From the NCBI GenBank assembly GCA_945900755.1, contig CAMDKS010000011.1:5837-69836 (forward strand): a stretch of DNA of 64,000 bases, in the 5' to 3' direction. The notes beneath the pieces are model-generated. The model made no database searches and was not told the DNA's origin. It saw only the letters and a program-made list of their open reading frames with translations. Shown here in pieces: positions 9,220 through 17,852 of the stretch; positions within the stretch are counted from its first letter, which is position 1; each line of letters begins with the position of its first letter. This stretch comes from Bdellovibrio sp. ZAP7. Lineage in GTDB: Bacteria; Bdellovibrionota_B; Oligoflexia; Oligoflexales; RGVZ01. The position numbers and the translations under genes are program-made.

Positions 9220-10494
9220 ACGTTACTGGGAGCCATTTCTCAAAAAAGGTACTTCGTCATAGAACCTAAAATACTTTTAAACCACACGAACCCCACCGAG
9301 GCAATAGACTTTAGTGTTAGACGACAACTTTGTGGACTAACAGCAGATGATATTCAGCTGGTTAGCGCTGTAGGCAAGGCTTTAGCCAACGATATACCCT
9401 CCATAGTCGAGGAATTCTATAGACGGCTGACCGAATTTGAATTTCTTCGGGCGATTATTGCAAAACACACGACCATTCCAAAACTAAAGCAAACCTTTGA
9501 GACTTATTGTTATGAATTGTTTTCAGGTAACTATGACGACGCTTATTATCGAAAGCGTACTCAAGTCGGATTTACTCATGAACGAGTTGGGCTGCCGGTC
9601 AATTGGTATATCGGAATGCTTGCCTATCTGCAGGAAATTTTGGTAGGCAGAATGATGAGTCAAGCGTTGGATAGCAATCAGCCTTCAATTATGGGCAGCA
9701 TTGGTGCCATTCAGCGTGTGATATTGATGGACCAGCTCATCATTGTGGAGGCCTATGTGGGGGCTGCCACCAAACAATTGAGGGAAGATGCGCTCAAAGC
9801 GACCGACGCCAAAAAGGCGAAGGCTATGTTTTTAGCCTCAATGTCCCACGAGCTCCGTACACCAATGAATGCAATTCTCGGTTTTTCCGAGTTGATATTG
9901 AGTAAGTCCCCAGAAATTTCGCCGACCACAAGAAAGCATCTCAGTGCTGTGAAAAGAAATGCCGAAAACTTATTGGGATTAATCAATGATTTGCTAGATT
10001 TATCGAAGTCGGAAAGTGGCAAAATGCGACTCCAATTGAGCACTGGCTCAGTGTCGGATCTTTTGGAGGATTTGATTCACAATTTGCAGACATTAGTCGC
10101 ACAAAAACCTATTACAATCATCCGCGATTTCGAATCCAAGTCCTTGGGGAGTCTGCCATTAGATTTTGGGAAATTGCGGCAGATCATTTTTAATTTGATT
10201 AGTAATGCGGCCAAATTTACCGCAAGCGGGACTATTTCCATCATTGCGCGGCGGAATATCGATAACCTGGAGGTTACCATTCGTGATACTGGTGTTGGCA
10301 TTTCGACGGAGAATCAGGAGTTTCTATTTACCGAGTTTTATCAAGTTAAAACGTCGCATCAGGGAGGGACGGGTCTAGGTTTGGCCCTCTGTAAAAAACT
10401 AGTGCACCTTATGAACGGGGAAATTTCTCTGACGTCCAGCCTTGGTGGTGGGTGCTCTGTATCGCTCATTATTCCGTTGAATTTGGCTATTTGA
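9220..10494 (+). CDS. globin-coupled sensor histidine kinase (protoglobin domain + HisKA + HATPase_c); start codon unresolved
   Basis: Globin-coupled-sensor pattern EEFYRRL...LFSGNYDDAYYRKRTQVGFTHERVGLPVNWYIG; H-box SHELRTPMNAILGF; GTGLGLALCKKL. The frame is open from 9220, but the first ATG/GTG/TTG in frame is TTG at 9517. Confidence 0.7.
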   Translation, partial: TLLGAISQKRYFVIEPKILLNHTNPTEAIDFSVRRQLCGLTADDIQLVSAVGKALANDIPSIVEEFYRRLTEFEFLRAIIAKHTTIPKLKQTFETYCYELFSGNYDDAYYRKRTQVGFTHERVGLPVNWYIGMLAYLQEILVGRMMSQALDSNQPSIMGSIGAIQRVILMDQLIIVEAYVGAATKQLREDALKATDAKKAKAMFLASMSHELRTPMNAILGFSELILSKSPEISPTTRKHLSAVKRNAENLLGLINDLLDLSKSESGKMRLQLSTGSVSDLLEDLIHNLQTLVAQKPITIIRDFESKSLGSLPLDFGKLRQIIFNLISNAAKFTASGTISIIARRNIDNLEVTIRDTGVGISTENQEFLFTEFYQVKTSHQGGTGLGLALCKKLVHLMNGEISLTSSLGGGCSVSLIIPLNLAI

Positions 10495-10500
10495 CCGTCG

Positions 10501-10533
10501 CCCCTTGACAACTCTAAATTGCGACCCACTCTA
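10501..10533 (+). promoter_or_regulatory. sigma-32 (heat-shock)-like promoter of clpB
   Basis: CCCCTTGACA-N14-CCCACTCTA compared with E. coli-type consensus CTTGAAA-N13-14-CCCCATNT. A near-identical architecture lies upstream of the J-domain gene. Confidence 0.45.
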
Positions 10534-10612
10534 TATATGGAGATTGTTTCACAGTGAATTTTTCGCTTTGGAATTAACTTTATAAATTCGGTCACATTGG
10601 AGGGTTCGTCCT

Positions 10613-13222
10613 ATGGATTTAGCTAAATTCACACAAAAATCTCAAGAGGCCATTTCAGAGGCTCAGAAAATTGCGATCACCCATGGTCATACGGAAGTGG
10701 ATCTTGATCACGTTGCAGCCGCACTCATTGAGCAAAAAGGCGGATTGATTTCTAGACTCTTGGACAAGATGGATCTTGTCCCTGCGGATATTCGTTTGAT
10801 CATAGGCGCTGAACTCTCGAAAAAACCAAAAGTTGGCGGCTCTGGATACGACCCATCACGGGTCTTCGTGAGTCAGCGACTTTCGCGGATTTTGATTGAT
10901 GCTGAAAAGGCGGCTGAGCGACTCAAGGACGAGTATGTTTCCGTAGAGCATATTTTTCTGGAGATTATTAAAAATGCTGCGAACACGCCGCTGGCTAAAA
11001 TCTTTTCTGCGGCTGGCCTCAATCAACAAAATTTTCTTCAAGCACTAACGAGTGTGCGAGGCAATCAACGGGTCACCAGTGCAAGTCCTGAGGGGAGTTA
11101 CGAGGCCTTGGAAAAGTACGGTCGAGATTTAGTGAAGGCCGCCCGCGACGGCAAGCTAGATCCCGTGATCGGGCGTGACGAAGAAATTAGGCGGGTCATT
11201 CGCATTCTTTCACGCAAAACAAAAAATAATCCGGTGTTGATCGGCGAACCTGGTGTCGGGAAAACAGCCATTGCCGAGGGACTGGCGCACCGCATCGTTC
11301 GAGGCGACGTACCTGAGGGACTCAAGGAAAGGATTATTTTTTCACTTGATATGGGAAGTTTGATCGCAGGGGCTAAGTATCGTGGCGAATTCGAAGAACG
11401 GCTTAAATCCGTTTTGAATGAAGTTAAAAAAAGCGAGGGCCGCATTATTTTGTTTATCGACGAGCTTCACACCATCGTCGGTGCGGGAAAAGCGGACGGT
11501 GCCATGGACGCCGGCAACATGCTAAAACCCATGCTGGCTCGTGGGGAATTGAACTGCATCGGTGCCACAACGCTCGACGAGTATCGCAAGCATATTGAAA
11601 AGGATGCAGCCCTTGAACGCAGGTTTCAGCCAGTTGTCGTCGAACAGCCCACGGTCGAAGATACCATTTCAATTCTTCGGGGACTCAAAGAGCGTTTTGA
11701 GGTCCATCACGGAGTTAAAATACATGATCAAGCATTGGTGAGTGCTGCTACACTTTCAGACCGCTACATCACAGAACGATTTTTGCCTGATAAAGCCATC
11801 GATTTGATCGACGAGGCCTGTGCCATGATTCGTACTGAAATGGACTCTATGCCGACGGAGGTGGATCAGGCGCAGCGACGTGTGATGCAGCTCCAAATTG
11901 AAGAGTCGTCCCTTAAAAAAGAGAAGGACAAGGCCAGCATTGACCGGCTTCAGGCGTTACAAAAAGAGCTTCAGGGAGAAAAGGAAAAGCTGCACACACT
12001 TCGTGCTCAGTATGAGTCCGAAAAAACCAAATTACATAGCCTTACCCTGATTAGAACTGAGATCGAGCAGGTGAGGCATGAGGTTGAGAAGGCTGAACGG
12101 GCCTACGACCTCAACAAAGTTGCCGAGTTAAAACACGGAAAACTTCCTGGTTTATTGAAAAAATTGGCCGACGAGGAGGCCAAGTTAGCTCAGCAGTCTG
12201 GAGGCACGGATCGGCTCTTGCGAGAAGAGGTCACCGACAATGAAATTGCAGAAGTGGTCGGACGCTGGACTGGAATTCCTGTCAAAAAACTGGTTGAGGG
12301 TGACCGTGAGAAGCTTCTTAAGCTGGACTCAATTCTTCATGAACGGGTGATCGGTCAAGATGAGGCTGTACAGTTGGTCGCCGATGCTGTCATCCGAGCT
12401 CGTGCGGGAATCAAGGACCCTAAACGTCCTATTGGTAGTTTCATGTTCTTGGGGCCAACTGGAGTAGGGAAGACTGAACTTGCAAAAACTCTTGCAGCCG
12501 CTCTATTTGATAGTGAAGAAAATATCATTCGCCTCGACATGTCCGAATATATGGAGAAGCATTCGGTGAGTCGCCTTATCGGGGCTCCTCCAGGATATGT
12601 GGGTTACGACGAAGGAGGGCAGTTGACCGAGGCCGTTCGCCGCAAGCCTTATAGTGTCCTTTTGTTTGATGAAATTGAAAAAGCACACCCAGATGTTTTT
12701 AACATTATGCTTCAAATTCTAGATGATGGTCGTCTAACGGACAATCAAGGTCGGGTCGTGAATTTTAAGGAAACAGTGGTGATCATGACGAGTAATATTG
12801 GAGCTCATTTTCTATTGGAAGGGGTCGATAAAAATGGCGAGTTAAAAGAAGGTGCTCGCAAACAAGTTATGGATACCCTCAAAGAACATTTCAGACCAGA
12901 GCTTTTAAACCGAATTGATGACGTGGTGATGTTTAAGCCCTTGAAGCTTGATGAAATTAGGAAAATTGTCCGACTTCTGACGACTTCTTTAGGGGCACGC
13001 CTTGCGGATCGGCACATTAGTTTGGATATTTCTGAAGCCGCAGTTTCGCATATTGCTACGACTGCGTATGACCCAGTTTACGGGGCTAGGCCTTTGAAGC
13101 GATATTTACAAAGAGACTTAGAGACCAAAATCGGTCGTGCATTGATTGCGGGTGGAATTGTGGAGGGTTCAAAAGTGAAGGTTGACGAAAAGGATGGACA
13201 ACTCTCGATAGAGGTTAAATAG
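10613..13222 (+). CDS. clpB: ATP-dependent disaggregase ClpB
   Basis: Full-length Clp/Hsp100 with two AAA modules ([16 protein letters not shown]), the long middle coiled-coil typical of ClpB, and signature motifs throughout. Confidence 0.97.
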   Translation: MDLAKFTQKSQEAISEAQKIAITHGHTEVDLDHVAAALIEQKGGLISRLLDKMDLVPADIRLIIGAELSKKPKVGGSGYDPSRVFVSQRLSRILIDAEKAAERLKDEYVSVEHIFLEIIKNAANTPLAKIFSAAGLNQQNFLQALTSVRGNQRVTSASPEGSYEALEKYGRDLVKAARDGKLDPVIGRDEEIRRVIRILSRKTKNNPVLIGEPGVGKTAIAEGLAHRIVRGDVPEGLKERIIFSLDMGSLIAGAKYRGEFEERLKSVLNEVKKSEGRIILFIDELHTIVGAGKADGAMDAGNMLKPMLARGELNCIGATTLDEYRKHIEKDAALERRFQPVVVEQPTVEDTISILRGLKERFEVHHGVKIHDQALVSAATLSDRYITERFLPDKAIDLIDEACAMIRTEMDSMPTEVDQAQRRVMQLQIEESSLKKEKDKASIDRLQALQKELQGEKEKLHTLRAQYESEKTKLHSLTLIRTEIEQVRHEVEKAERAYDLNKVAELKHGKLPGLLKKLADEEAKLAQQSGGTDRLLREEVTDNEIAEVVGRWTGIPVKKLVEGDREKLLKLDSILHERVIGQDEAVQLVADAVIRARAGIKDPKRPIGSFMFLGPTGVGKTELAKTLAAALFDSEENIIRLDMSEYMEKHSVSRLIGAPPGYVGYDEGGQLTEAVRRKPYSVLLFDEIEKAHPDVFNIMLQILDDGRLTDNQGRVVNFKETVVIMTSNIGAHFLLEGVDKNGELKEGARKQVMDTLKEHFRPELLNRIDDVVMFKPLKLDEIRKIVRLLTTSLGARLADRHISLDISEAAVSHIATTAYDPVYGARPLKRYLQRDLETKIGRALIAGGIVEGSKVKVDEKDGQLSIEVK

Positions 13223-13266
13223 ATTCTTGCGCTAGATGTTACATTTATTTGTGCGCAGACCCTAAG

Positions 13267-14010
13267 CTAACTTAATGCTTTCAGCACTCTTAAATAATCC
13301 TTCTGACTCTCCCAAACAATTTCGACAATAAAGTCTAAAAATGACTGCACTTGTCCCTTTTTGGCCAGTGCCACTGCTGAGATATACTGCGAGCGCAAAA
13401 TTGGCGGAATGATCGCAAGGCCATATCCTGCTTGCAGTAGGGCTAGATTTAACAGCAGACGCGCCGTGCGTCCATTACCATCGATAAATGGATGTATATT
13501 GACGAAGTCAATGTGTAAATGCGCTGCGAAAACGACCGGATGAACCTTACTTTTCAAGGCCGGCACCCTAGCCACAAATTGTGTCATCAACTGCGGAATC
13601 TCGTGCGGCCTAGGGAACTCAGCATCTGATCCTGTTATAATCACAGGTTCAGTTCGATACTTTCCGGATTTTTCAGCATCGATTCGAAAATAAAAGAGGC
13701 GATGCAGCTCAAGAATATCTTTTTCAGAGATCGTTAAACGGCTCACTATTGAATGCATAAAGTCATAGGAATCACTGTGGCCCAAGGCTTCAAGATGATA
13801 TTTAAGCGGCTTACCGCCAATAGTAATCCCATCTTCTAACACAACTTTCGTTTCTGATTCCGTCAAGGTATTGCCTTCTAAGGCATTGCTAGAATAGGTC
13901 AAGCCTATTTTAAAATACTCTCGCAGGCGTTTAACCACAGATTCCTTGAAAGGCCGGTAGGCATCAATCTCCTCTTTTTGTGAATCAATCTTTGCAGTGT
14001 CACAGGTCAT
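13267..14010 (-). CDS. Fic-domain protein (AMPylase-type, class II with N-terminal inhibitory motif)
   Basis: Canonical Fic motif HPFIDGNGRTARLL. Upstream (S/T)xxxE(G/N) motif SNALEG. ATG 14010 has GGAG 9 nt upstream. Confidence 0.8.
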   Translation of the reverse strand: MTCDTAKIDSQKEEIDAYRPFKESVVKRLREYFKIGLTYSSNALEGNTLTESETKVVLEDGITIGGKPLKYHLEALGHSDSYDFMHSIVSRLTISEKDILELHRLFYFRIDAEKSGKYRTEPVIITGSDAEFPRPHEIPQLMTQFVARVPALKSKVHPVVFAAHLHIDFVNIHPFIDGNGRTARLLLNLALLQAGYGLAIIPPILRSQYISAVALAKKGQVQSFLDFIVEIVWESQKDYLRVLKALS

Positions 14011-14191
14011 TATGAAGGACTCCAGATTTCGTGGTAACAGATAATGTAACATTATCCTTGATATTGCCATAAAAAAACTGCGGTATCTCGTCTGGTTACA
14101 AAGCGTCAAACTATGTGACAATGACCAAGTTTCAACATCCGAAAGTTGTTATTGTGTCTAATGATTTTGGGATCTTATATTAGATTTTAGG

Positions 14192-14207
14192 TGGCACGTA
14201 TATTGCT
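14192..14207 (+). promoter_or_regulatory. sigma-54 promoter upstream of metalloprotease paralogue P1
   Basis: TGGCACGTATATTGCT matches TGGCACG-N4-TTGCW at every conserved position. Confidence 0.55.
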
Positions 14208-14272
14208 TAAGCGGAGTATCAAGGGATGCCTTGTCCCGTGCTTTTACCGTTCCCTCTCCCCGGAGTCTGTTG

Positions 14273-15724
14273 ATGCTGCACCGCCCCTTGCCAGTCCTTA
14301 AAAGTGTTTTAGCTGTTTCAATCCTCATGCAGCTTGCTGCCTCGGGTTGTCGAGATTTAGAAAATCCACCTCAGAAAGCCTCTCCTGAAATTCAACGTCA
14401 GGACACCTCTCCAAGTGCAGACCTTCGCTGGCTTGCCAAAGAAGATCCTAGTTGTCAAGCGGATGGTCTCTCTGTGGCGGTGTCCGAGATTACTGTATAC
14501 GAGTGGGATGGGCGTCAAACAGCGCCAAAGAAAGTTTCGTTCAAGGGCTCTGCAGGACCTGACCGGGAATTCGTGAGTCAGAATATTACGGGTTCTCTCA
14601 TTGGTTTTGTCAGTGACTATAACTGTACTATTTCTGCAACTGGTGCCGAAATCTGCAAAGTGGATAAGGCGAAAGTACAGCCTGAGCCTACGGCCTTTAG
14701 AATGTGCCGAGCGAATGCTACTTATGCCCGCGAGTCACTCGAGTCCTTGACCCTCACGTCCCAATACTACACTGAAAGTGCGTATAGCTTTTACGAAGCG
14801 ATTGCGGGTCGAAAATCGGGAATCATTAAATCAATTTTAGTGCCGCAGCCTATTTTTATGCGACACTTTACGAAGGCTGACGGTACCACCTCCGATCGAG
14901 TGGATGTCAATAACGCCTCGTTTGCTAGTATTCCTGCGGACGGAGATCAGGCCAAAATGGGTGCCTTTTTTATTTTCCCTACCTCGCAGAAATCGTTTGC
15001 GGCGTCGGGCGTAAATCTATGGGAAGTGCCATTTGTGATGCGTCATGAATTCGGCCATCACGTGTTAAGTCATTATTTAGACAAAACACTCGGCGCCACT
15101 AGCCTCAGACTTGCGAAGGACGTTTCACTTGAATCGATTATGCCAGTCTCGTATAGAAAACATTCCAGCGAAGCCGCCTTTGGGCTAGCCAGTGGCGTAA
15201 CAGCGCCTCAGTTTGCGCTAGACGGCATCAACGAAACGTTCGCAGATCTCTTTGCTTACTTTGCAGGTAATAGTGCCAAAGCCCCGTTGGCCGGCGTGCG
15301 ATGCCTCGACGTGTCGCGAGATCCGTCGAGCGCGGTGACTGCCCGTGGTAGTAAGAAAGGTTTAGACAGCGCAAGAGTCGCTATTTATGAAGGACGATCC
15401 GCACCGCTAAAAAGTGATGGGTGCAGCGAGCCTCAATTTGACGATGAGCACGACATCGCAACGGCCCTCGGGCAGCCGATGGCTTCGTTCATTGAACAAG
15501 CCACTCCAAATTTAGATGCTTCTGTGCGTGGAGAAGTCCTCTTGGCCTGGGCCTCTAACTTAAAGATTTTGGTGGCGACCCCTAGTAACGTAAGCCTAGA
15601 TACGCTAGTCGTCGAATTGGTGAAGGCTGTGAAGCAAAAAAATCCGAACGTCACCTCTGCCTGCGTCCATTTTAAGGCTGCCATTACGGGACTTCCAAAA
15701 GCCTCGGCAGCGTGCGCAAATTAA
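14273..15724 (+). CDS. lipoprotein, HEFGHH gluzincin-like zinc metalloprotease (paralogue P1)
   Basis: Lipoprotein signal MLHRPLPVLKSVLAVSILMQLAASGC. HExxH as MRHEFGHHV. Downstream thermolysin-like GINETFADLF (third-ligand Glu region). The alternative TTG start at 14231 is possible. Confidence 0.65.
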   Translation: MLHRPLPVLKSVLAVSILMQLAASGCRDLENPPQKASPEIQRQDTSPSADLRWLAKEDPSCQADGLSVAVSEITVYEWDGRQTAPKKVSFKGSAGPDREFVSQNITGSLIGFVSDYNCTISATGAEICKVDKAKVQPEPTAFRMCRANATYARESLESLTLTSQYYTESAYSFYEAIAGRKSGIIKSILVPQPIFMRHFTKADGTTSDRVDVNNASFASIPADGDQAKMGAFFIFPTSQKSFAASGVNLWEVPFVMRHEFGHHVLSHYLDKTLGATSLRLAKDVSLESIMPVSYRKHSSEAAFGLASGVTAPQFALDGINETFADLFAYFAGNSAKAPLAGVRCLDVSRDPSSAVTARGSKKGLDSARVAIYEGRSAPLKSDGCSEPQFDDEHDIATALGQPMASFIEQATPNLDASVRGEVLLAWASNLKILVATPSNVSLDTLVVELVKAVKQKNPNVTSACVHFKAAITGLPKASAACAN

Positions 15725-15735
15725 GCTCTCTATTG

Positions 15736-15769
15736 AAAAAGGCCACGTACTAGGTACGTGGCCTTTTTT
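15736..15769 (+). terminator. rho-independent terminator after P1
   Basis: AAAAA-ggccacgtac-tag-gtacgtggcc-TTTTTT: perfect 10-bp stem plus T-run. Confidence 0.8.
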
Positions 15770-15808
15770 ACTTTGTCTTAGACTTTTGTCCATGAAGCAC
15801 AAGCTTTG

Positions 15809-15856
15809 CAGGCAAGCCTCTAGGAGGGCTTGTAAGCCCTCCTAGAGGCTTGCCTG
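15809..15856. repeat. perfect 23-bp inverted repeat (48-nt palindrome) 4 nt downstream of the rpsA stop
   Basis: caggcaagcctctaggagggctt-gt-aagccctcctagaggcttgcctg. No U-tract on either strand. Confidence 0.9.
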
Positions 15857-15860
15857 GGGC

Positions 15861-17600
15861 TTAGCTTTGGTTTCCTTGAGCGCGGGTGAATGCCTCTGCA
15901 AATGCAGACTTAGAGCCAGATGCGGCGCCAACATATTGCTTCAGTTCTTCGCCCACAAGACCCTTGAGGATTGCTTTGCGGCTTAGTGAGAAGCGGCGTT
16001 CGTCAGCGTCAGTCGCTAATACGACAAACTCAACAATGTCGCCTTCCTTCACTGCGTCTTCAGTTTTAGCAAGCGGGCCGTCAGCAAGTTCACTGATGTG
16101 AATCATGCCTTCAACGCCTGGAGAGATTTCAACGAAGGCGCCGAAATCAGCAACTTTCGTGACTTTTCCTTTGCCTTTGGAGCCTGCAGGATTTGATTTT
16201 GCAACCGAAATCCATGGATCTTCAAGCAATTGCTTGATGCCAAGAGAGAATTTCTCGCCTTCGGTGTCGATGGAAAGAACTTTTGCCTCGACCTCGTCGC
16301 CCTTTTTGAATAGGTCGCCTGGGTGCTTGATACGATCGATCCAGCTGATGTCGCTGATGTGAATAAGGCCGTCGATACCATCTTCGATTCCAACGAATAC
16401 GCCGAAATCTGTGATGTTGCGGATTTTTCCACGAATAACGTCGCCAACTTGGTATTTTTCTTTAACCACTTCCCAAGGATTTGGTTCCATTTGCTTCATG
16501 CCAAGGCTAATGCGACGGTTCTCGATGTCGATAGCAAGGATGACCACTTCTACTTCATCGGCAATATTGACGACTTTGCTTGGGTGGCGAACTCGTTTAG
16601 ACCAGCTCATCTCGGAAACGTGAATGAGGCCTTCGATGCCACCTTCAAGCTCGATGAATGCGCCGTAGTCAGTTAGGCTGACCACTTTACCCTTGGTTTT
16701 TCCGCCAACGGTGTATTTGCCGCCTGCGATAACCCATGGATCGTTAAGTAGTTGTTTGAAGCCAAGGCTAACGCGCTGACGACCTTCGTCGTAGCTAAGT
16801 ACCTTAACTTCAATTTCTTGGCCAACTTCAAACAATTCACTTGGGTGGTTGATGCGACCCCAGCTCATGTCTGTAATGTGGAGAAGGCCGTCTATGCCGC
16901 CAAGGTCAATGAATGCACCGTAGTCGGTGATGTTTTTGACGATGCCTTTAAGTGCTGCGCCTTCTTTGATGCTGCCAAGAGTTGACGCACGGAGTTTTTC
17001 GCGATCTTGCTCGAGCAGTACTCGGCGAGAAAGAACGATGTTGCCACGTTTCTTGTTGAACTTGATGATTTTGAATTGAAGCTTGCCGCCGATAAGTTTA
17101 TCGAGATTGCGTACGGGGCGAAGATCAACTTGGGATCCAGGAAGAAATGCTTTCACGCCGATATCAACCGACAAGCCGCCTTTAACTCGGGAGTTAACGG
17201 TACCTTCAACAATTTCGTTGCGTTCAAAGGCCTCAGCAATACGATCCCACGCACGAAGAATTTCTGCACGCTCACGGCTAAGAACCATCTCGCCTGCGTG
17301 GTCTTCAAACCGATCAAGAAACACTTCGACGGTGTCGCCGACTTTTGGAATGTCTAAACCAAACTCTTGCTTTGGTACTTGGCCTTCAGATTTGTGGCCG
17401 ATGTCGATAACAATGGAGTCATCTGTGTGGCGAACTACAAGACCTTTTACGATCATGCCTTCTTTGACATCTGAAGTTGATGGGTTGTCAGCAAGCATGA
17501 TGGCGAAGTCTGACGTCAGGCGCGGATCGGCCTCAAATGCTGTGTCTTCGTCTTCCCAACGGATGCCTTTGAAACCGGACTTTGTTTGTTCTTGCAACAT
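15861..17600 (-). CDS. rpsA: 30S ribosomal protein S1
   Basis: Six S1 repeats with the characteristic G.V..I...GAFV/F.DLGG..GL.H.S motifs. ATG 17600 (MLQEQTKSGF); the ORF-track start at 17687 is a spurious extension. Confidence 0.95.
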   Translation of the reverse strand: MLQEQTKSGFKGIRWEDEDTAFEADPRLTSDFAIMLADNPSTSDVKEGMIVKGLVVRHTDDSIVIDIGHKSEGQVPKQEFGLDIPKVGDTVEVFLDRFEDHAGEMVLSRERAEILRAWDRIAEAFERNEIVEGTVNSRVKGGLSVDIGVKAFLPGSQVDLRPVRNLDKLIGGKLQFKIIKFNKKRGNIVLSRRVLLEQDREKLRASTLGSIKEGAALKGIVKNITDYGAFIDLGGIDGLLHITDMSWGRINHPSELFEVGQEIEVKVLSYDEGRQRVSLGFKQLLNDPWVIAGGKYTVGGKTKGKVVSLTDYGAFIELEGGIEGLIHVSEMSWSKRVRHPSKVVNIADEVEVVILAIDIENRRISLGMKQMEPNPWEVVKEKYQVGDVIRGKIRNITDFGVFVGIEDGIDGLIHISDISWIDRIKHPGDLFKKGDEVEAKVLSIDTEGEKFSLGIKQLLEDPWISVAKSNPAGSKGKGKVTKVADFGAFVEISPGVEGMIHISELADGPLAKTEDAVKEGDIVEFVVLATDADERRFSLSRKAILKGLVGEELKQYVGAASGSKSAFAEAFTRAQGNQS

Positions 17601-17798
17601 ATTTCGAAGTTCTTTCTTTCCATCAAATTTGTTTTGGCAACAGGAAATTCTGTTGACGGAGGTAAGATGGAACCTGCTTAATATCATCTAATTGTCGAAT
17701 ATGTCAAAGAAATTTAGTCATAATTTCTAGAATTCTCAAGGCTGCAAACGTCCCCAATTAAAACACCTCAGCGACCATGCCTAAAAAGAGTAAATGCA

Positions 17799-17807
17799 TG
17801 GTATAAT
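17799..17807 (+). promoter_or_regulatory. extended -10 promoter element (TGgTATAAT)
   Basis: TGGTATAAT lies 45 nt upstream of ATG 17853. Confidence 0.4.
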
Positions 17808-17852
17808 TGACGAATCATTGCACCATGAGGCTCATTATCGGGGACGAATACT

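Noticed and set aside
17083-17691. 202-aa plus-strand ORF, with several shorter ones between 15886 and 17357
   Set aside because: They are antisense to rpsA, whose six S1 repeats are unambiguous. They are shadow ORFs arising from the repetitive codon structure.
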